Origin: an uncultured Gammaproteobacteria bacterium
GTDB taxonomy: Bacteria > Patescibacteriota > Microgenomatia > Woykebacterales > RBG-16-39-9b
Assembly: GCA_965231125.1 (NCBI GenBank)
Contig: OZ246414.1
Span: 709,924 to 755,439, forward strand
Direction of reading: 5' to 3'
DNA length: 45,516 bases
A program made the translations under genes and the position numbers. Shown in pieces: positions 34,280-43,537 of the stretch. Positions within the stretch are counted from its first letter, which is position 1. Each line of letters opens with the position of its first letter. Below the pieces are notes generated by a model. The model was not told the DNA's origin. It saw only the letters and a list, made by a program, of their open reading frames with translations, and did no database searches.

Positions 34280-34990
34280 ATGCCAGATGAAAATGTAGCT
34301 AGTCCACAACCAAGTCCGACACCCACTCCCAAAGTAATTAACTGGAAAACTATCCTTATTAGAGTAGTCATTGGTGCAGTACTCCTCGGCGGAGGTGGCT
34401 ATCTAGTCTACAATGCTTACCAACCAAAGAAAGAAGAGCCAGCACAAACCACAACTACTACAAAGACAGCTACTCCATCAGCGACTACTCAAACGTCTAA
34501 AGATGAGACTGCTGATTGGAAAACTTATACTGGTTCACAAATTAGTTTTAAATACCCCCCAAGTTGGAAGGAATATGATACGTCTACAGATGCAAATTCT
34601 ACCCGCCCAACGCCTAGTTTTTCTGATAAAGACCCAAATACTGTTAGCCCTGGGGTCGTAGTACCTACTATTAGTATTGATAAATCTTCAACTCTTTCTG
34701 TGTTCGGAACAGATTTTAATGGTTTGGTAAATACCAGCGTTGGATACACTTGGAATGCAGGCAAGAGTTACAAAAAGATAAAAAATTTAACAGTCGGGAG
34801 TATGCAAGCAGTTTGGATCAGACAAAGTTTAGAAGCAGGTGTAGCGGTTAGTGGCCCATCTTACGACCATATTTATATTGAGAAAAGTAATAAAGTCTAC
34901 GACTTTTATTTAATGGCGGACACTGCTTCTACCTTGGATCAGTACTCAACAACATTTAATTTAATAATTACAACCTTCAAATTCCTCTAA
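34280..34990 (+). CDS. hypothetical membrane-anchored extracytoplasmic protein
   Basis: N-terminal TM helix ILIRVVIGAVLLGGGGYLV, a Thr-rich linker and a beta-rich C-domain. Confidence 0.6.
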   Translation: MPDENVASPQPSPTPTPKVINWKTILIRVVIGAVLLGGGGYLVYNAYQPKKEEPAQTTTTTKTATPSATTQTSKDETADWKTYTGSQISFKYPPSWKEYDTSTDANSTRPTPSFSDKDPNTVSPGVVVPTISIDKSSTLSVFGTDFNGLVNTSVGYTWNAGKSYKKIKNLTVGSMQAVWIRQSLEAGVAVSGPSYDHIYIEKSNKVYDFYLMADTASTLDQYSTTFNLIITTFKFL

Positions 34991-35167
34991 CTTTTACAGC
35001 GCCTGACTGGACACAATCCTGCCTAAATCACTTCTTTGGCTGATTAGTTTGGCTTTTCGGGGTTTGGGGATTCTTAATTTGAACTCAAAGGGTATGATAA
35101 CAGCCTCACTTTGCGTGCTTCTGCTCCATCGCGGCCTACTTTCAGAACTTAAACCCACCTTTCGATC

Positions 35168-35539
35168 CTACCAAATGACTTTTGGATAAATTTTAGAAAT
35201 TTCTTGGTCGCGGGTTACAATTGGAAGATTAAGAAGCTTTGCACAAGAGACAATTATTCTGTCATGAATTTCTAAATCATCACCCAATTCTATGTAGCTT
35301 TTTACGGCACTTAAGTCTAACTGGGCAATTTGAAAATCTGGTGATGGTAGTTTAGATAGAAAAAGTTCGAAACCTCTCTCGAACCTCAACTTTTTACTAA
35401 CATGATAGGCTTCTAATAAAACAATAGTCGGTAAGATAATTATACCGGCAGAAATTATTGCCTCTCTAGCTTTGCCACTCAATTTGTAACTCGAAGATAA
35501 AAACCAAACTAAAGAGTGGGTATCAAGAAGTATTTTCAC
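35168..35539 (-). CDS. vapC: PIN-domain toxin (VapC-like)
   Basis: Starts MKILLDTHSLVW with the first acidic residue, and has later conserved acidic residues ending in VTRD. Confidence 0.85.
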   Translation of the reverse strand: MKILLDTHSLVWFLSSSYKLSGKAREAIISAGIIILPTIVLLEAYHVSKKLRFERGFELFLSKLPSPDFQIAQLDLSAVKSYIELGDDLEIHDRIIVSCAKLLNLPIVTRDQEISKIYPKVIW

Positions 35540-35544
35540 GCTTA

Positions 35545-35853
35545 TTAAAACCGCCAGAGTTTTTTGGCTTTATCTAACTCTTCTTCAAGCTTTTTCTCCG
35601 GAATTTTAAAGCCTTTTAAGAATCCGTAAAAATCTTTAGCAGTATAGTTGCTCTTAAACTCTTCCTGCTTGGTCCCTATTTTGGCTGCCTCAATTTCCTC
35701 ATCGGTGATATTGGTTCCCTTTAAGAAACCCTTTAGTGTGTTTTTTGAAGGAGTTTTTGGCTCTTTATCCAAATTTGCCTGCAATTCCTTAAGAGTTTTT
35801 AATTCTTTTTCTAGAGTAGCTATTGTTTTGTCTAAAACCTCAACTTTTTTCAT
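35545..35853 (-). CDS. putative VapB-like antitoxin
   Basis: Lies 5 nt upstream of vapC. It has a coiled-coil N-terminus and a duplicated motif, GFLKGTNITDEEIEAAK and GFLKGFKIPEKKLEEELDKAK. Confidence 0.55.
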   Translation of the reverse strand: MKKVEVLDKTIATLEKELKTLKELQANLDKEPKTPSKNTLKGFLKGTNITDEEIEAAKIGTKQEEFKSNYTAKDFYGFLKGFKIPEKKLEEELDKAKKLWRF

Positions 35854-35862
35854 AACAACAAA

Positions 35863-35891
35863 ACTATAGCAAATTGTCCCGTATTAAACAA
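35863..35891 (-). promoter_or_regulatory. promoter TTGTTT-17-TATAGT of the vapB-like/vapC pair
   Basis: -10 at 35863-35868 and -35 at 35886-35891, minus strand, 9 nt from the ATG at 35853. Confidence 0.55.
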
Positions 35892-35922
35892 GCTAATAAC
35901 CGACTCGTCCAATTTGGACGGG

Positions 35923-36360
35923 CTATTTCAGGAATTTTTTGGCGATTGCAGCAAGAGTCTTCTCTTCAGAAAATTGGATTTTTTCGGCAAAATCGGCAAG
36001 ATGCACCCATTCACAATAAAAAGTCTCGCCAGTCGGGGCTTTTCTCGTCCAACTACTTTCGCCGCCGCCTTTAGACAGAAAAAGAAAATAAATAATTGTT
36101 TTTTGATATCTTTGGTTGGAAGAGCCAACCCCTCCCCGCACCACCTGCCCAAGATCCGCGATAAGGACAATCTCTCCCAAACCAGTCTCTTCGATAAGCT
36201 CTCTTTTGGCAGCGTGAAGCTCGGATTCTTCCTTCTCGATACTTCCACCCGGCAAAAAATAGTTTGGTTGGTTTGGGAATCTTCTAATTAATAAAACCTC
36301 GTAAGATCCTTCTTGGGTTTTACGAACTACAAACCCGCCGGCATGAGTCGAATTGGTCAT
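35923..36360 (-). CDS. NUDIX hydrolase
   Basis: Nudix box GGSIEKEESELHAAKRELIEETGL. Confidence 0.85.
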   Translation of the reverse strand: MTNSTHAGGFVVRKTQEGSYEVLLIRRFPNQPNYFLPGGSIEKEESELHAAKRELIEETGLGEIVLIADLGQVVRGGVGSSNQRYQKTIIYFLFLSKGGGESSWTRKAPTGETFYCEWVHLADFAEKIQFSEEKTLAAIAKKFLK

Positions 36361-36405
36361 CCAGTTAATTATAATTGGAGTAGGTAAAGATGCGCTAGAC
36401 TCCTA

Positions 36406-37623
36406 TTATTCGTAGCGAAGAGCATCGATTGGATTTTTGCGGGAAGCCCCCAAGGCCGGAATTATCCCAAAGACAATCCCCACCACCGCGGAAAATCCTA
36501 AAGCAAGAAGCAAAACTGAAGGGTCCAATTTTATCGGAATCGCAAAATCGGCTGGAACAGCGCTTACACCAGCGGCAAAAATCCCAATTGCCACAAGACC
36601 ACCAAACATCGTCAAGATAATACTCTCAATCAAAAATTGTAAAAGTATTGCGGCTCTTGTTGCTCCAACCGCCTTGCGAATACCAATCTCCCTTGTCCTT
36701 TCCGAAACTGAAACTAACATTATATTCATAATTCCTATTCCACCAACTAAAAGTGAGATCGCCGAAATTGCACCAAGCATTGCCGTTAAAATATTTAAAA
36801 TTCCGTTGACAGTACCAAGTAGATCATCTTGCGACAATACTGAAAAATCTTCCTCACCTTTGTGGCTAGCCAAGATAGCCACCTTGACTGATTTTTTAAG
36901 CTGATCAATTGAACTCGAATCTTTAGCTTGCATTGTTATTCGAAATATCTGTTTGTTGTGAGTAACATCCCAACTGGTGTGGATCGGCATCATCACTAAA
37001 CTGTTAAAATCCGGTCCAACTAAGTTACTCGCTGAGTCTCTTTTCTCTAAGACTCCCACAATTTGAAAATCGGTCGCTCTGGTCGTTAAGGTTTTACCTA
37101 AAGGGTCCCCATCTGAGAAAAGTTTTTCGACAACATTTTCGCCAATAACAACATTTCTTACGTTTGAATCTTCATCCTCCTCATCCAAAAATCTCCCCTC
37201 TTTAAGTTTAAAGTTGAAAGCCTTCTCAACTCCGGTAGACCCTCCCAAAATAACCGCCGAGTCCAAGGGGGTATTGCCTCTTTTAATAGAACCAGAAATA
37301 AGATTCATCATAGAAAGGTTTTCTGCCTCTGAAACCTGCCTTTTAACTGCTAGGAAATCGTTTTCAGTTAAAGTACTTTGACCAAGAGAAGCAGTAAAAT
37401 TGACTTGACCATTGCTACCTTGCTTACCGGAGATAACAACGACTAAGTTTGTTCCCAAACTTTCAATCTGTTTTCCCACCTGCGCTTTTACTCCGAACCC
37501 GATCGAAAGTAAACTCGATATGGTCAAAATACCAATGACTATTCCCAACATGGAAAGAAAACTGCGCGATTTTTTCGCGAGCAGCGATGAAATTGCCATG
37601 CTGATGGCGTCAAATAAAATCAT
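36406..37623 (-). CDS. ABC transporter permease, MacB/FtsX family
   Basis: N-terminal TM helix, a large periplasmic domain and a C-terminal FtsX-type 3-TM bundle. Confidence 0.88.
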   Translation of the reverse strand: MILFDAISMAISSLLAKKSRSFLSMLGIVIGILTISSLLSIGFGVKAQVGKQIESLGTNLVVVISGKQGSNGQVNFTASLGQSTLTENDFLAVKRQVSEAENLSMMNLISGSIKRGNTPLDSAVILGGSTGVEKAFNFKLKEGRFLDEEDEDSNVRNVVIGENVVEKLFSDGDPLGKTLTTRATDFQIVGVLEKRDSASNLVGPDFNSLVMMPIHTSWDVTHNKQIFRITMQAKDSSSIDQLKKSVKVAILASHKGEEDFSVLSQDDLLGTVNGILNILTAMLGAISAISLLVGGIGIMNIMLVSVSERTREIGIRKAVGATRAAILLQFLIESIILTMFGGLVAIGIFAAGVSAVPADFAIPIKLDPSVLLLALGFSAVVGIVFGIIPALGASRKNPIDALRYE

Positions 37624-38294
37624 TCAATCCTCCCGTCGGCTAATCTGATAATACGACCCGCTTTTTCTGCCAAAATATTGTCGTGGGTAACAACAATTAC
37701 TGTTTTTCCTTTTTGATTAAGCTCTCGTAGTAGCTCAAAAATTGCTTGTCCCGTTTTGGAATCTAAATTTCCCGTTGGCTCGTCGGCTAAAATAATCTCC
37801 GGGTCGTTCACCAGTGCCCGAGCCATCGAGACCCGTTGCTGTTCCCCACCAGAAAGTTGGCTGGGTTTATTTTTTAACTTTTCGGAAAGCCCAACCTCTT
37901 TAAGAATTTCCATAGCCTTTTCTCTTCGGTTAACTCTATTTCTGGAATAAATCAGCGGCAAAACAACGTTGTTGAGACTACTGGCACCTTGCAAAAGATT
38001 AAAAAATTGAAACACAAAACCGACTTTTTCGTTGCGAAAGCGGGCCAGTTGACCATCGTTCATTTTGTCCAAATTTTGGCCGGCGATTGTCACTGTACCT
38101 AAAGTTGGTTTATCTAGACCACCAATCAAGTGCATCAAAGTTGATTTACCACTTCCGGAAGGACCCAAAATCGCCACAAACTCGCCTCCCTTTATTTCCA
38201 AAGAGACGTTATCCAATGCCTTAAACTCGCTTTCGCCACTCTTGTAAATTTTGGAAATATTCCCGAGACTAATAAATGAGTTTTCAATATTCAT
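37620..38294 (-). CDS. ABC transporter ATP-binding protein (MacB/LolD-like)
   Basis: Walker [10 protein letters not shown], signature LSGGEQQR and Walker [13 protein letters not shown]. It overlaps the permease start. Confidence 0.92.
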   Translation of the reverse strand: MNIENSFISLGNISKIYKSGESEFKALDNVSLEIKGGEFVAILGPSGSGKSTLMHLIGGLDKPTLGTVTIAGQNLDKMNDGQLARFRNEKVGFVFQFFNLLQGASSLNNVVLPLIYSRNRVNRREKAMEILKEVGLSEKLKNKPSQLSGGEQQRVSMARALVNDPEIILADEPTGNLDSKTGQAIFELLRELNQKGKTVIVVTHDNILAEKAGRIIRLADGRIE

Positions 38295-38924
38295 TTAAAA
38301 ACCCAACTTTTCTTTAACCAAAATCATGGTTATTCTTCCAGGACGAACCTCTTTGTTAAATATTAAAACTTTGCTAACATCGCTGGTAACTTCTTTACCC
38401 AACGCCTTGGACAATCTTTTCGACTCAAGTGGCAAAATATAATCATAAATCCTTTCCATTCCCGCATCCAAATTTTTGACAATTTTTTGAGTACCAACCA
38501 CCCAAACCACGCGACTCGCCCCATAAGCATAGGCTCCCAATTGACTACCGGTGTTAGAAGCAACCACTACTTTTCCGTCTTCAGTTACAGCGTGGATGCT
38601 TCCTATTGACCACTCAGGGGCTGCTCCAAGCTTACTCATCTCCTGCCCTTGAGTGGTGCGATCCATACTGCTCAGCTCCTTGCGAACTGATTTGTAATTA
38701 CCTAATTCGTCAATTGCCTCCGCCAAGCCAATATCTTTAAGAGTCATCGATTGCATAGTCATAACCTCAACGTCTTTTGGCAAAATATCTAGGACTTTTT
38801 CTTTTGCCTCCTTTCCGTTTTCAACCACAACTACCTCAATTTGAGCTTGCCTCAAAGCATCAATAACCTTTTTAATTGAATCGTCAGTTGCAAGTTGATC
38901 CCAATTTTTCATTTGAAATTTCAT
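38295..38924 (-). CDS. LUD-domain protein (LutC/DUF162-like)
   Basis: The LUD-type C-terminal half contains VVASNTGSQLGAYAYGASRVVWVVGTQKIV. ATG at 38924 forms an ATGA overlap with the upstream stop. Confidence 0.75.
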   Translation of the reverse strand: MKFQMKNWDQLATDDSIKKVIDALRQAQIEVVVVENGKEAKEKVLDILPKDVEVMTMQSMTLKDIGLAEAIDELGNYKSVRKELSSMDRTTQGQEMSKLGAAPEWSIGSIHAVTEDGKVVVASNTGSQLGAYAYGASRVVWVVGTQKIVKNLDAGMERIYDYILPLESKRLSKALGKEVTSDVSKVLIFNKEVRPGRITMILVKEKLGF

Positions 38925-39691
38925 TTGGCTCTCCGGTAGAGCCGGATACTGATAAAGAGGAAAACTAAGGTGATTCCAATTATCCAAAGAAGGGACGGCA
39001 GGACTGCGTCATGAGAACCCCCGGCAGTGAAGGACCGTATGGCTTCGACGATTTTGGTTACCGGTTGATTTTTTGCAAAACCCTGCAGCCATCCTGGCAT
39101 GGTCTCGACGGGTACAAATATGGCACTGGCAAAAACTAAGGGGAAAATCCAAATAAATCCGGCCGGTAGGGCCGCCTCAGGGTTTTTCACTATTAACCCA
39201 ACGGTAACCGCGATCCAGGAAAAAGCAAAACCAAAAAGAATTGCTAAAGTAACACCCAACAATCCGTTCGCGACTCCATCTTGAAATCTAAAACCAAGTA
39301 AGAAACCAACCCCAACCATAATCACCACCACAAAGATATTTCGCAGTGTATCGGCAAAAACTTTGCCGATGATAACTGCGGAGGCCGCCATTGGCAAGGA
39401 ACGCAACCGCTCAATCAGACCAGAGGCCATATCCTCGGCAATTCCAACACTAGCTTGACTAGAGCCAAAAAGCGCTGATTGAACGACGATCCCCGGTAAA
39501 AGAAAATTAATATAATCTGTTTGTCCCGGGGGCAACCTTAATGCTCCTCCAAAAACATAGTTAAAAAGAAGTAGAAACATCACTGGCTGCACCGTCGAAA
39601 AGATAATAAGCTGAGGAATCCGGCGGTAGCGGATCAGGTTACGCTGTGTCAAAACTAAAATATCGCTAATTGTGTTTGTAATGCTACTCAT
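38921..39691 (-). CDS. ABC-2 type exporter permease
   Basis: Six hydrophobic helices and 256 aa. It overlaps the upstream ATPase gene. Confidence 0.85.
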   Translation of the reverse strand: MSSITNTISDILVLTQRNLIRYRRIPQLIIFSTVQPVMFLLLFNYVFGGALRLPPGQTDYINFLLPGIVVQSALFGSSQASVGIAEDMASGLIERLRSLPMAASAVIIGKVFADTLRNIFVVVIMVGVGFLLGFRFQDGVANGLLGVTLAILFGFAFSWIAVTVGLIVKNPEAALPAGFIWIFPLVFASAIFVPVETMPGWLQGFAKNQPVTKIVEAIRSFTAGGSHDAVLPSLLWIIGITLVFLFISIRLYRRAK

Positions 39692-40631
39692 CGCCAGTTC
39701 CCCTCTCGGTGTAAGTCAGAAACACCTCATCAAGAGTCGGCTGAGTCAAACTAATGTGGTTCACTTCAACATTGGAGCTTTCCAAAATATTTAAAACGTC
39801 CCGTAAATCGGCTGGGCCCTTTTCAGCCGGAATGGTAATTAGTTGGTGACTATCTTTGATGTGAACATTATCACCAAATTTTTCTTTTAGTAGATGAGCA
39901 ACTTGGGAGGCCTGTTCCCAATCTTTTGGTTCTATTTCGATCATTGTGCCCCCCAATTTTCTTTTTAGCTCACGAGCTGTTCCGGATGCGATAATTTTTC
40001 CTTTATCCAGCAAGACTATTTCATCCGCCAGAGCGTCGGCTTCTTCCAAATATTGGGTAGTTAACACTACCGAGGTTCCTTTTTTCACTAAAGCGCGGAT
40101 AAGATGCCAGAGATCACTGCGTGTTCTTGGATCCAGCCCAGTAGTTGGTTCATCCAGAAAAAGGACTTCTGGCTCAAATAGAAGGCTTGCCCCCACATCC
40201 AAACGTCGTCTCATCCCACCAGAGTAAGTCTTAACCGGCCGGTTACCAGCCTCTTCCAACGCCATTTGATTCAATACAAATGCAGCTCGTTTCCGCGCTT
40301 CTTTTCCGCCCAAATGATAAAGTTTGGCGACCATTTCCAGATTTTCTCTACCAGTGAGGGTTTCATCAACCGCGGCGTATTGACCAGCTAAACCGATGAC
40401 ACCACGTATCTGAGCGCCACTGCTAGCGACATCGAATCCGGCGACAGTCGCCTTTCCAGAATCTGGTTTAATTAGCGTCGTTAGTATTCTTATTAAAGTA
40501 GTTTTCCCGGCGCCGTTTGGTCCGAGTAGACCCAACACTTTGCCTTTTTCGGCTTCGAAGCTAACCCCGGCAAGAGCTTCCGTCTTTCCAAAGTTTTTAT
40601 AAATATTGTCTACTTTAATTATTGGTTCCAT
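39684..40631 (-). CDS. ABC transporter ATP-binding protein (DrrA/ABC-2 partner type)
   Basis: Walker A GPNGAGKTT, signature YSGGMRRR and Walker B LFLDEPTTGLD. ATG at 40631 is preferred over TTG at 40670. Confidence 0.9.
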   Translation of the reverse strand: MEPIIKVDNIYKNFGKTEALAGVSFEAEKGKVLGLLGPNGAGKTTLIRILTTLIKPDSGKATVAGFDVASSGAQIRGVIGLAGQYAAVDETLTGRENLEMVAKLYHLGGKEARKRAAFVLNQMALEEAGNRPVKTYSGGMRRRLDVGASLLFEPEVLFLDEPTTGLDPRTRSDLWHLIRALVKKGTSVVLTTQYLEEADALADEIVLLDKGKIIASGTARELKRKLGGTMIEIEPKDWEQASQVAHLLKEKFGDNVHIKDSHQLITIPAEKGPADLRDVLNILESSNVEVNHISLTQPTLDEVFLTYTERGTGDE

Positions 40632-41133
40632 CTTTAATGGGACTGCCTTCAGAAGAGTTGATTTTACCAAGTAAGTTGGTTAATTGCGATATCTCCTTGT
40701 CAGTTAAACTGGCAAATTTAGGGCCGAGCCTTTCCAAAAACCCCTGACGAAAAGCTTTGATTCGATCTTGGGCTTTTTCGGAAAGTTTCACGCGTTGGCT
40801 ACGGCGGTCATCCGGATTTTCCTGTCTGGTAACAATGCCCATCTCGACCGCCCTATCTACCATTTGTGTAACGGCCCCGGAAGTTATATTTAAAGATTCG
40901 GCAATTTCCTTCACTGAAACTCCGTCTTTCTCTTTTTTTAAACGGAAGAAAAGGTCCAAGTGCCCCCGCCCGAATTTTCCGGCGCCTAAAGCACCAAAGC
41001 GCCCGCCGAATTTGTGGGCAAAACCGTCTTGGTGTTCATGGTCGTGACCATCCGGCTTCATTGACCGAAAGGCGCAAACCATTTCTTTAAAAAGTTTTTC
41101 AAGTAATTCTTCTCTTTGTTTTTCCATAGCCAA
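40615..41133 (-). CDS. MarR-family transcriptional regulator with His/Gly-rich N-terminal extension
   Basis: Winged-HTH core VSVKEIAESLNITSGAVTQMVDRAVEMGIVTRQENPDDRR. The N-terminal segment is DGHDHEHQDGFAHKFGGRFG. Confidence 0.82.
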   Translation of the reverse strand: MAMEKQREELLEKLFKEMVCAFRSMKPDGHDHEHQDGFAHKFGGRFGALGAGKFGRGHLDLFFRLKKEKDGVSVKEIAESLNITSGAVTQMVDRAVEMGIVTRQENPDDRRSQRVKLSEKAQDRIKAFRQGFLERLGPKFASLTDKEISQLTNLLGKINSSEGSPIKDGTNN

Positions 41134-41234
41134 CTACCTTAATTTTGACTTTTAACTTTTGCCTTTTGAATTTCTTTTGTGTTACCTTAACCCCATCCAA
41201 TTAACTGAGTAACTAATAACTTTACTAACTAAAC

Positions 41235-41263
41235 AGTTAAGCAACTAAACTATTATTTGTCAA
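41235..41263 (-). promoter_or_regulatory. promoter TTGACA-17-TTAACT of the marR-ABC-LUD operon
   Basis: -10 at 41235-41240 and -35 at 41258-41263, minus strand. Four TAACT repeats (41202-41230) lie just downstream. Confidence 0.5.
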
Positions 41264-41305
41264 CTCTATTTTTGAATTAAAAATTGTCTAACGGCTCGCG
41301 GGAAT

Positions 41306-41899
41306 TTATCTCTTGGAGGATTTTGGAGTCTCTTCTCTGCGGTGTTTAAACACTTTTATTGCGCCTATGGTAACAAAAGTGCCAACAAGCGCAGCTATCC
41401 AACCGGCAAGAACTTCCCAAACTAATCGATCCTCTCTTTTTTCTATTTCGCGCAACGATCTGCCGGCGAGGACAAACCCTGGTTTCGGCCCACCATAGTG
41501 GCTTATCACCACTGCACTACGAACCCCGGCGGCCGGCTGCCAAGTGAAACGCTGTTCCCCATCCTTTTTCACTTTATCAAGCACCCCGTCCGGTAAAGAA
41601 GGTGTCTTTCCGTTAAGTTGTACTGAAGAAGCCAGTTCCTTGCCTTTGTCGTCATAAATAACAATGTATGGTCCAAGGCTTTTGCTAAGATCTGTTTTTT
41701 GGGTAGGAACCACTTGTTGTGGGGGTACACCAGAAGCAAGTCCCGCTGCCACATCTTCGGCGATTTGAATCTGGGGGTCATTGCCAGTAATGCGTAAATC
41801 TTGCTGAACGGCGCCATAAACCAGCCCAGAAAGTATTGTGGCCAGCACTGCAAAAGGAAGCCAACGTACAAAGGTCCGAATAAAAATCTTTTTGAACAT
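41306..41899 (-). CDS. hypothetical membrane-anchored protein
   Basis: ATG at 41899 gives MFKKIFIRTFVRWLPFAVLATILSG. It has an N-terminal TM helix, a soluble domain and a C-terminal TM helix. Confidence 0.5.
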   Translation of the reverse strand: MFKKIFIRTFVRWLPFAVLATILSGLVYGAVQQDLRITGNDPQIQIAEDVAAGLASGVPPQQVVPTQKTDLSKSLGPYIVIYDDKGKELASSVQLNGKTPSLPDGVLDKVKKDGEQRFTWQPAAGVRSAVVISHYGGPKPGFVLAGRSLREIEKREDRLVWEVLAGWIAALVGTFVTIGAIKVFKHRREETPKSSKR

Positions 41900-41964
41900 G
41901 AAGGATAAGTATATCATACTTAGGCTAATAAAAATCCTCAGCAAACCACTTCATCCGATAGTAT

Positions 41965-41993
41965 TTGCTTTTCTTCTCTGGATGTGTTATACT
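41965..41993 (+). promoter_or_regulatory. promoter TTGCTT-17-TGtTATACT of the DEAD-box helicase gene
   Basis: -35 at 41965-41970 and extended -10 at 41985-41993, leaving a leader of about 165 nt. Confidence 0.55.
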
Positions 41994-42164
41994 GCCCTTT
42001 GAAACAGAAATTGAGCTACACAACGATTTATTCCCTATTTTCTACAATTTATGTAGTTAAGGTTAATCTTTGAAACTAGCTCCTAAGATACCTTGACTAC
42101 GCAGTTCTCCTTAGTCCTAAGGACGTAAGACGCGTAGCGGCTTAGCCTTTCTTTTCAACAACAT

Positions 42165-43370
42165 ATGTATAACAGAAACTTTTCGCGCCGAAATCGTTTC
42201 GGAAAAAGATATAATAATAGTGATTTTAGGAGATTTTCTCCGGCTCCCCCAAAGCAAAAAAGCAAACTAAACGGGGCGGATCACAGCATCTTTATAAAAA
42301 AAGCTCTCGAAGTTACAACCGAGCAGAGTTACACTCCGCACAACAGTTTTGCGGGTTTTGCTATTTCTCAGGAACTAAAAAGCAATGTTGCTCGGCGTGG
42401 TTACACCCACCCCACCCCGATCCAAGACAAAGCGATTGAGCCGATTCTTGCCGGTCGAGACTTAATTGGTCTGGCCAACACAGGGACAGGAAAAACCGCC
42501 GCTTTTCTAATCCCAATTATTAATAAAATCTACAAAGATCGCAACCAAAAGGCTCTCATCGTTACTCCTACTCGCGAACTGGCGAGCCAAATCAATGATG
42601 AGTTGAAAAGTTTTGCCTCTGGTTTGAAAATTTACTCAGCGTTGATTATTGGTGGTGCTAGTCTGAACCGTCAGATCTGGGATTTACAACGCAACCCTAA
42701 TGTCGTGATCGGCACCCCCGGCCGACTCAAGGATTTGATAGAACAAAAGCGCCTAAATTTATCAGGTTTCCGCACCATCGTTCTTGATGAAGTGGACCTG
42801 ATGGTCGATATTGGTTTTATCAACGACGTCAAATATTTCATTTCTTTGCTACCGAGCCCGCGTCAATCGCTCTTTTTCTCGGCGACAATTGGCCCCAAAG
42901 TCCGGGAACTACTAAATGCTTTCGTCAAAGATCCGGTAACTGTCTCCGTCCAGACACAGCCGACTGCCGAAAATATTGATCAAGATGTGGTGAAGATAAA
43001 CGGTGGCAATAAGGTGGACAAACTCCACGATCTGCTAATTCAAGAAGAGTTTGACAAAGTGATGGTTTTCGGCCGCACCAAACACGGGATTGAGAAACTG
43101 GGCAAACAACTCTCCACTCGGGGTTTTACTGTTGGCGAAATTCACGGCAACCGTTCTCAAAGCCAAAGGGTGCGCACTTTGAAAGCCTTCAAACAAAATG
43201 AATTTAAAGTGCTTCTAGCTACGGATGTGGCCGCTCGTGGATTGGATATTGATAGCGTCTCGCACGTGATCAACTACGATCTCCCCGAAACTTACGAGGA
43301 TTACATCCACCGAATTGGTCGAACCGGCCGCGCGAACAAAAAGGGCATCGCGTTAACCTTCGTCGAATAA
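42165..43370 (+). CDS. DEAD-box ATP-dependent RNA helicase
   Basis: Q-motif region, ANTGTGKT, PTRELA, TPGRL, DEVD (DEAD variant), SAT, ARGLD and HRIGRTGR. Confidence 0.92.
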   Translation: MYNRNFSRRNRFGKRYNNSDFRRFSPAPPKQKSKLNGADHSIFIKKALEVTTEQSYTPHNSFAGFAISQELKSNVARRGYTHPTPIQDKAIEPILAGRDLIGLANTGTGKTAAFLIPIINKIYKDRNQKALIVTPTRELASQINDELKSFASGLKIYSALIIGGASLNRQIWDLQRNPNVVIGTPGRLKDLIEQKRLNLSGFRTIVLDEVDLMVDIGFINDVKYFISLLPSPRQSLFFSATIGPKVRELLNAFVKDPVTVSVQTQPTAENIDQDVVKINGGNKVDKLHDLLIQEEFDKVMVFGRTKHGIEKLGKQLSTRGFTVGEIHGNRSQSQRVRTLKAFKQNEFKVLLATDVAARGLDIDSVSHVINYDLPETYEDYIHRIGRTGRANKKGIALTFVE

Positions 43371-43453
43371 TCCAATTTAACAAGTTACTAGGTTAGGAAT
43401 AGTAGTTTATCTGTTGCTTAACCGTAAGATATTGGTTGAAGCAATTTGATAAA

Positions 43454-43483
43454 TTGTTATGGGTTGGTGAGTTGTGGTATAAT
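43454..43483 (+). promoter_or_regulatory. promoter TTGTTA-18-TGgTATAAT
   Basis: -35 at 43454-43459 and -10 at 43478-43483, upstream of the ATG at 43538. Confidence 0.5.
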
Positions 43484-43537
43484 AATTTAACTCAACAGGC
43501 TAAATTAACCTGGGAGAAAATCAAGGAGGAGAGAGCG

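Noticed and set aside
34991-35167. Possible tRNA or gene remnant in the 177-nt gap before vapC
   Set aside because: Fragments such as GGAGCAGAAG and GATCGAAAGGTGGG look vaguely tRNA-like, but no cloverleaf with acceptor and T-arm pairing can be drawn.
35914-36291. + strand 125-aa ORF and alternative-frame 106-aa ORF over the NUDIX gene
   Set aside because: Only the 35923-36360 minus frame contains a complete Nudix box.
36437-36904. 155-aa ORF antisense to the MacB-type permease
   Set aside because: It is a shadow ORF within a confidently called permease. Its sequence is Pro/Ala/Ile-rich low complexity.
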